This document shows, piece by piece, positions 30,707 through 31,979 of a DNA stretch of 31,979 bases. The number at the start of each line of letters is the position of its first letter. Position 1 is the first letter of the stretch. The position numbers were made by a program, and so were the translations under genes. Source of the stretch: Candidatus Nanopelagicales bacterium (GTDB lineage: Bacteria > Actinomycetota > Actinomycetes > S36-B12); contig JAGYOB010000071.1 in NCBI GenBank assembly GCA_018399515.1, positions 1 through 31,979 on the forward strand. The letters run 5' to 3'. The notes under the pieces were generated by a model. The model saw only the letters and a list, made by a program, of their open reading frames with translations. It was not told the origin of the DNA and did not search any database.

Positions 30707-31552
30707 GTGCTGCGCGTCGCACTCCCGAACAAGGGTCAGCTCGCCGAACCGGCTCGATCGATTCTGTCCGAGGCGGGGTATCTCCATGCCGCAGCAGCGC
30801 GCGATCTCGTCGTACAGGACCCCGATAACGATGCGGAATTCTTCTTCCTGCGTCCCAAGGACATTGCAACCTATGTCGGATCGGGCACCTTGGACGTCGG
30901 AATCACCGGGCGCGACATGCTGCTGGATTCAGGCGCCACAGCCGAGGAGATCATGGCGCTGGGGTTCGCGGGCTCCACCTTCCGGCTGGCCGTGCCCGTA
31001 GGCACCGCGCAGACAGTGCAGGATCTGTCCGGGCGCCGTATCGCAACCTCCTACCCCGGACTGCTCGCCGACTATCTGCGGCGTGAGGGCATCGACGCCG
31101 AAGTTGTCCGACTTGATGGCGCTGTCGAGAATGCGGTGGCGCTCGGCGTGGCTGACGCGGTGGCGGATGTCGTCGCGACGGGAACCACGATCCGCAAGGC
31201 AGGCCTCGAAGTTATCGGTGAACCGATCCTGATCAGCGATGCGCTCCTAGTGCGACGCATTGGCGCCGAACCCGATCCGGCTGTAGACAACTTCGTGCGT
31301 CGGTTGCACAGCGTGATGGTTGCACGGGCCTATGTTCTCGTCGATTACGACATCTCTGCGCAGAAGGTCGAGCAGGCCTGCGCCGTGACCCCCGGGATCG
31401 AATCGCCGACGATCTCGCCCCTGCACGATCCGGCGTGGGTTGCGGTTCGTGCGATGGTCACCCGCCGAGATGTGCACCGGATCATGGATGAGTTGTACGC
31501 GCTCGGTGCCCGCGGGATCCTGGTAACCGATATCCACGCCTGCCGGCTGTAG
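30707..31552 (+). CDS. hisG: ATP phosphoribosyltransferase, long form, 281 aa
   Basis: MLRVALPNKG, LRPKDIATYV, DVGITGRD, RIATSYP, LDGAVE, DVVATGTT, PGIESPTISPL; ends GARGILVTDIHACRL. SD GAAAGG at 30695-30700. Confidence 0.97.
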   Translation: MLRVALPNKGQLAEPARSILSEAGYLHAAAARDLVVQDPDNDAEFFFLRPKDIATYVGSGTLDVGITGRDMLLDSGATAEEIMALGFAGSTFRLAVPVGTAQTVQDLSGRRIATSYPGLLADYLRREGIDAEVVRLDGAVENAVALGVADAVADVVATGTTIRKAGLEVIGEPILISDALLVRRIGAEPDPAVDNFVRRLHSVMVARAYVLVDYDISAQKVEQACAVTPGIESPTISPLHDPAWVAVRAMVTRRDVHRIMDELYALGARGILVTDIHACRL

Positions 31553-31607
31553 GACCAGACGTATTCGACGAAAACGGCGCGAGCGCAGCACGAGAAGAGG
31601 CAGCGGC

Positions 31608-31979
31608 ATGGTGGATGGAGACGGGCGGCGGCTGGAGGTGCCGACCGGGTTCGCCGGTGACGACGGATCGGCGCCGACGGCGTTACGTGAGGCCCTGCAC
31701 CGGTACGCACAGGACCGGGCAGCGCACGCCGATGTGCTGACCGCGCTCACCGCCGCACGCCTGCTCGTGCCGGTGGTGGCGGTGCTCGACGAGTCGCGAA
31801 CTGCGGCCGATCCGGCCGGACGCGAGATCTCGGTCGATAAATCCAGCCACATGGCTACCGTCAGTTTGGTTCAGGCTGACGGCAGGCGTGGGCTCCTGGC
31901 ATTCACCAGTGTCGACAGCCTGGCCCGGTGGGATCCGCAGGCTCGACCGGTACCTGCATCCGCCCGCGATGTGGCGGCT
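31608..31979 (+). CDS. SseB-family protein, N-terminal domain (3'-truncated; missing from the ORF track)
   Basis: My translation: MVDGDGRRLEVPTGFAGDDGSAPTAL...ARLLVPVVAVL...DKSSHMATVSL...GRRGLLAFTSVDSLARWDPQARPVP. FxGDDGS, RLLVPVVA and AFTS...RW.P.ARPVP are typical of actinobacterial SseB-like proteins. The frame is open to the window end. Confidence 0.75.
   Translation, partial: MVDGDGRRLEVPTGFAGDDGSAPTALREALHRYAQDRAAHADVLTALTAARLLVPVVAVLDESRTAADPAGREISVDKSSHMATVSLVQADGRRGLLAFTSVDSLARWDPQARPVPASARDVAA

Noticed and set aside
1-31979. Intrinsic terminators, tRNA/rRNA genes, IS elements, prophage or defence genes
   Set aside because: No hairpin plus U-tract was found in the short intergenic gaps, and all space is accounted for by housekeeping genes.

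Overview
High-GC actinobacterial core-genome window; every credible gene is on the + strand and tightly packed, with many ATGA/GTGA/TGATG stop-start overlaps. Order: gltB (5'-truncated), gltD, pyk, MBL-fold hydrolase, PyrR-binding RNA, pyrR, pyrB, pyrC, membrane protein, carA, carB, pyrK, pyrD (class 1B), pyrF, mIHF-Gmk fusion, rpoZ, coaBC, SAM-IV riboswitch, metK, priA, def, fmt, rsmB, rpe, ribD, riboflavin synthase, ribBA, ribH, hisE, hisG, SseB-family gene (3'-truncated). I see no mobile element, CRISPR array, tRNA/rRNA or defence system, and I cannot support a wholly new multi-gene system. The most notable observations are: (1) the nucleoid protein mIHF fused in frame to guanylate kinase, 6 nt after pyrF; (2) coaBC apparently needing a non-canonical CTG start that overlaps the rpoZ stop; (3) a complete SAM-IV riboswitch before metK; (4) a PyrR binding loop that masks the pyrR ribosome-binding site; (5) several candidate internal or leaderless promoters built into the ends of upstream genes; (6) a 10-bp-period repeat in the def leader. 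All family assignments come from motif recognition, with no database search.
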